Shown piece after piece: positions 63,127 to 64,000 of a DNA stretch of 64,000 nt. Made by a program: the position numbers and the translations under genes. Numbering within the stretch: the first letter of the stretch is position 1; every line of letters begins with the position of its first letter. The notes under the pieces are model-generated. The model did no database searches and was not told the DNA's origin. It saw nothing but the letters and a program-made list of their open reading frames with translations. The stretch spans positions 22,169 through 86,168 of the forward strand of contig CAYMDK010000005.1 of assembly GCA_964389465.1 (NCBI GenBank), written 5' to 3'. Origin of the DNA: an uncultured archaeon. GTDB taxonomy: Archaea; Thermoplasmatota; Poseidoniia; MGIII; CG-Epi1.

Positions 63127-64000
63127 ATGCAATTACGGGTGGGAGTGCTGCAGGTCGTCGCGCTGGCTGTCTTGCTGGGCGGCGCACTGTTGCTGGCGGA
63201 GGGCGCCAGCGCGCAGCCGGACTACCGGAACCTGACCGTTGCCGTGAACGAGACGCTGGTGTTCGCCGACGGGGATTTCGAGGTTGAGGGCGACATCGAG
63301 GTGTTCGGCGAGCTGGTGCTCGATAACTGCACCCTCGGCATGAAGATGGCATCCACCTCGGGCGAGGGGGAGATTCGCATCCAGCCGGGCGGTTCGCTAG
63401 CGGTCAGTGACTGTTCCATGAACGCGATAGGGAACCTGAGCTTCTACCAGGCGGTGCTCGACCAGATGGTGGCGCAGGACCCGGCCAACCAGTCCGGCTG
63501 GGAAGAGTACTACACCGCTGCCGCCAACGCCTCGGCGCAGTTCCGCGTCGTCCTCGACGCCGGCGAACTGACGCTGAACAACGTCACGGTTTCACAGGGT
63601 CGCTTCTGGATGGTGGGGGGCAACGCCACCATGTTTGGCGTTTCCAGCAGTGGCGTCAGCCCGATTTATGACATCGGCCTCTTCATCGAGGATACTACGT
63701 TCCTCGGCGTCGGCATCACGCTGGCCGACTACGCGGTTGGCGTGCGCGCCATCGGCGTCTCGCCAACGCTACTCAACACCAGCTATGTCAACTGCACTGT
63801 CGACCGCACGCAGGAGTGGTGGCTCACCGTCACCGTCCACGACACCGCAGGCGCGCTGCTCGAGGGCGTCCACGTGGCGCAGCGCGACGCGGAAGGGCAG
63901 ACGATTGACATCGGTGACCCGCAAGACGATGGCAGCAGTGTCCTCTGGGCGCGGGAATACGAAGTGGTCGCCGGCGTGCGGCAGGATACGGTTTCCACCA
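63127..64000 (+). CDS. Secreted protein with probable right-handed beta-helix repeats and many N-x-S/T sequons; 3' end runs off the window
   Basis: Not in the ORF track because no stop lies in the window. ATG 63127 gives MQLRVGVLQVVALAVLLGGALLLAEGASAQ (a signal peptide). The sequence continues ...NLTVAVNETLVF..NCTLG..NVTVSQGRFWMVGGNATMFGVS... A TATA-like TTATAT at 63100-63105 lies ~25 nt upstream. Confidence 0.65.
   Translation, partial: MQLRVGVLQVVALAVLLGGALLLAEGASAQPDYRNLTVAVNETLVFADGDFEVEGDIEVFGELVLDNCTLGMKMASTSGEGEIRIQPGGSLAVSDCSMNAIGNLSFYQAVLDQMVAQDPANQSGWEEYYTAAANASAQFRVVLDAGELTLNNVTVSQGRFWMVGGNATMFGVSSSGVSPIYDIGLFIEDTTFLGVGITLADYAVGVRAIGVSPTLLNTSYVNCTVDRTQEWWLTVTVHDTAGALLEGVHVAQRDAEGQTIDIGDPQDDGSSVLWAREYEVVAGVRQDTVST

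Overview
High-GC (by eye about two-thirds G+C) archaeal chromosomal segment. Gene content, TATA-type promoters and frequent leaderless starts suggest a marine euryarchaeon (Poseidoniales/MGII-like), but that placement is inference only. Most of the window is tightly packed housekeeping genes. These include r-proteins uL1/uL10(P0)/P1, L21e and an unlisted L41e; PheRS alpha and beta, CysRS and an AsnRS-like enzyme; B12-dependent RNR NrdJ; NadE plus a separate CN-hydrolase; Taw1, Pus10, KsgA, RpoF, PriS and RNase HII; GrpE-DnaK; MDH, ATP-PEPCK and acetoacetyl-CoA synthetase; Tmk, FolC and two geranylgeranyl-reductase paralogs. One tRNA-Val(UAC) is present. No CRISPR array, rRNA, transposase or integrase was seen. 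Many long ORFs in the track are Arg/Ala/Gly/Pro-rich off-frame or antisense artefacts of GC-rich DNA, or 5' over-extensions; I re-called about 15 starts. The observations most worth follow-up are: (1) a ~2000-aa multi-repeat surface protein whose single TM helix is followed by a cytoplasmic ubiquitin-like tail, inside a lower-GC surface-protein cluster at 55-64 kb; (2) a one-gene low-GC island at 10.6-11.4 kb encoding an orphan 267-aa protein; (3) tRNA-Val overlapping the only canonical start codon of ksgA; (4) an AT-rich, hairpin-rich region with three GTGGAAC elements upstream of nrdJ; (5) eukaryote-like modules (a C4HC3 PHD-like finger, a SAP domain) in small coiled-coil proteins; (6) grpE-dnaK followed by a HEAT/coiled-coil/zinc-ribbon protein where dnaJ is usually found. 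All functional calls rest on motif recognition by eye, with no database search.
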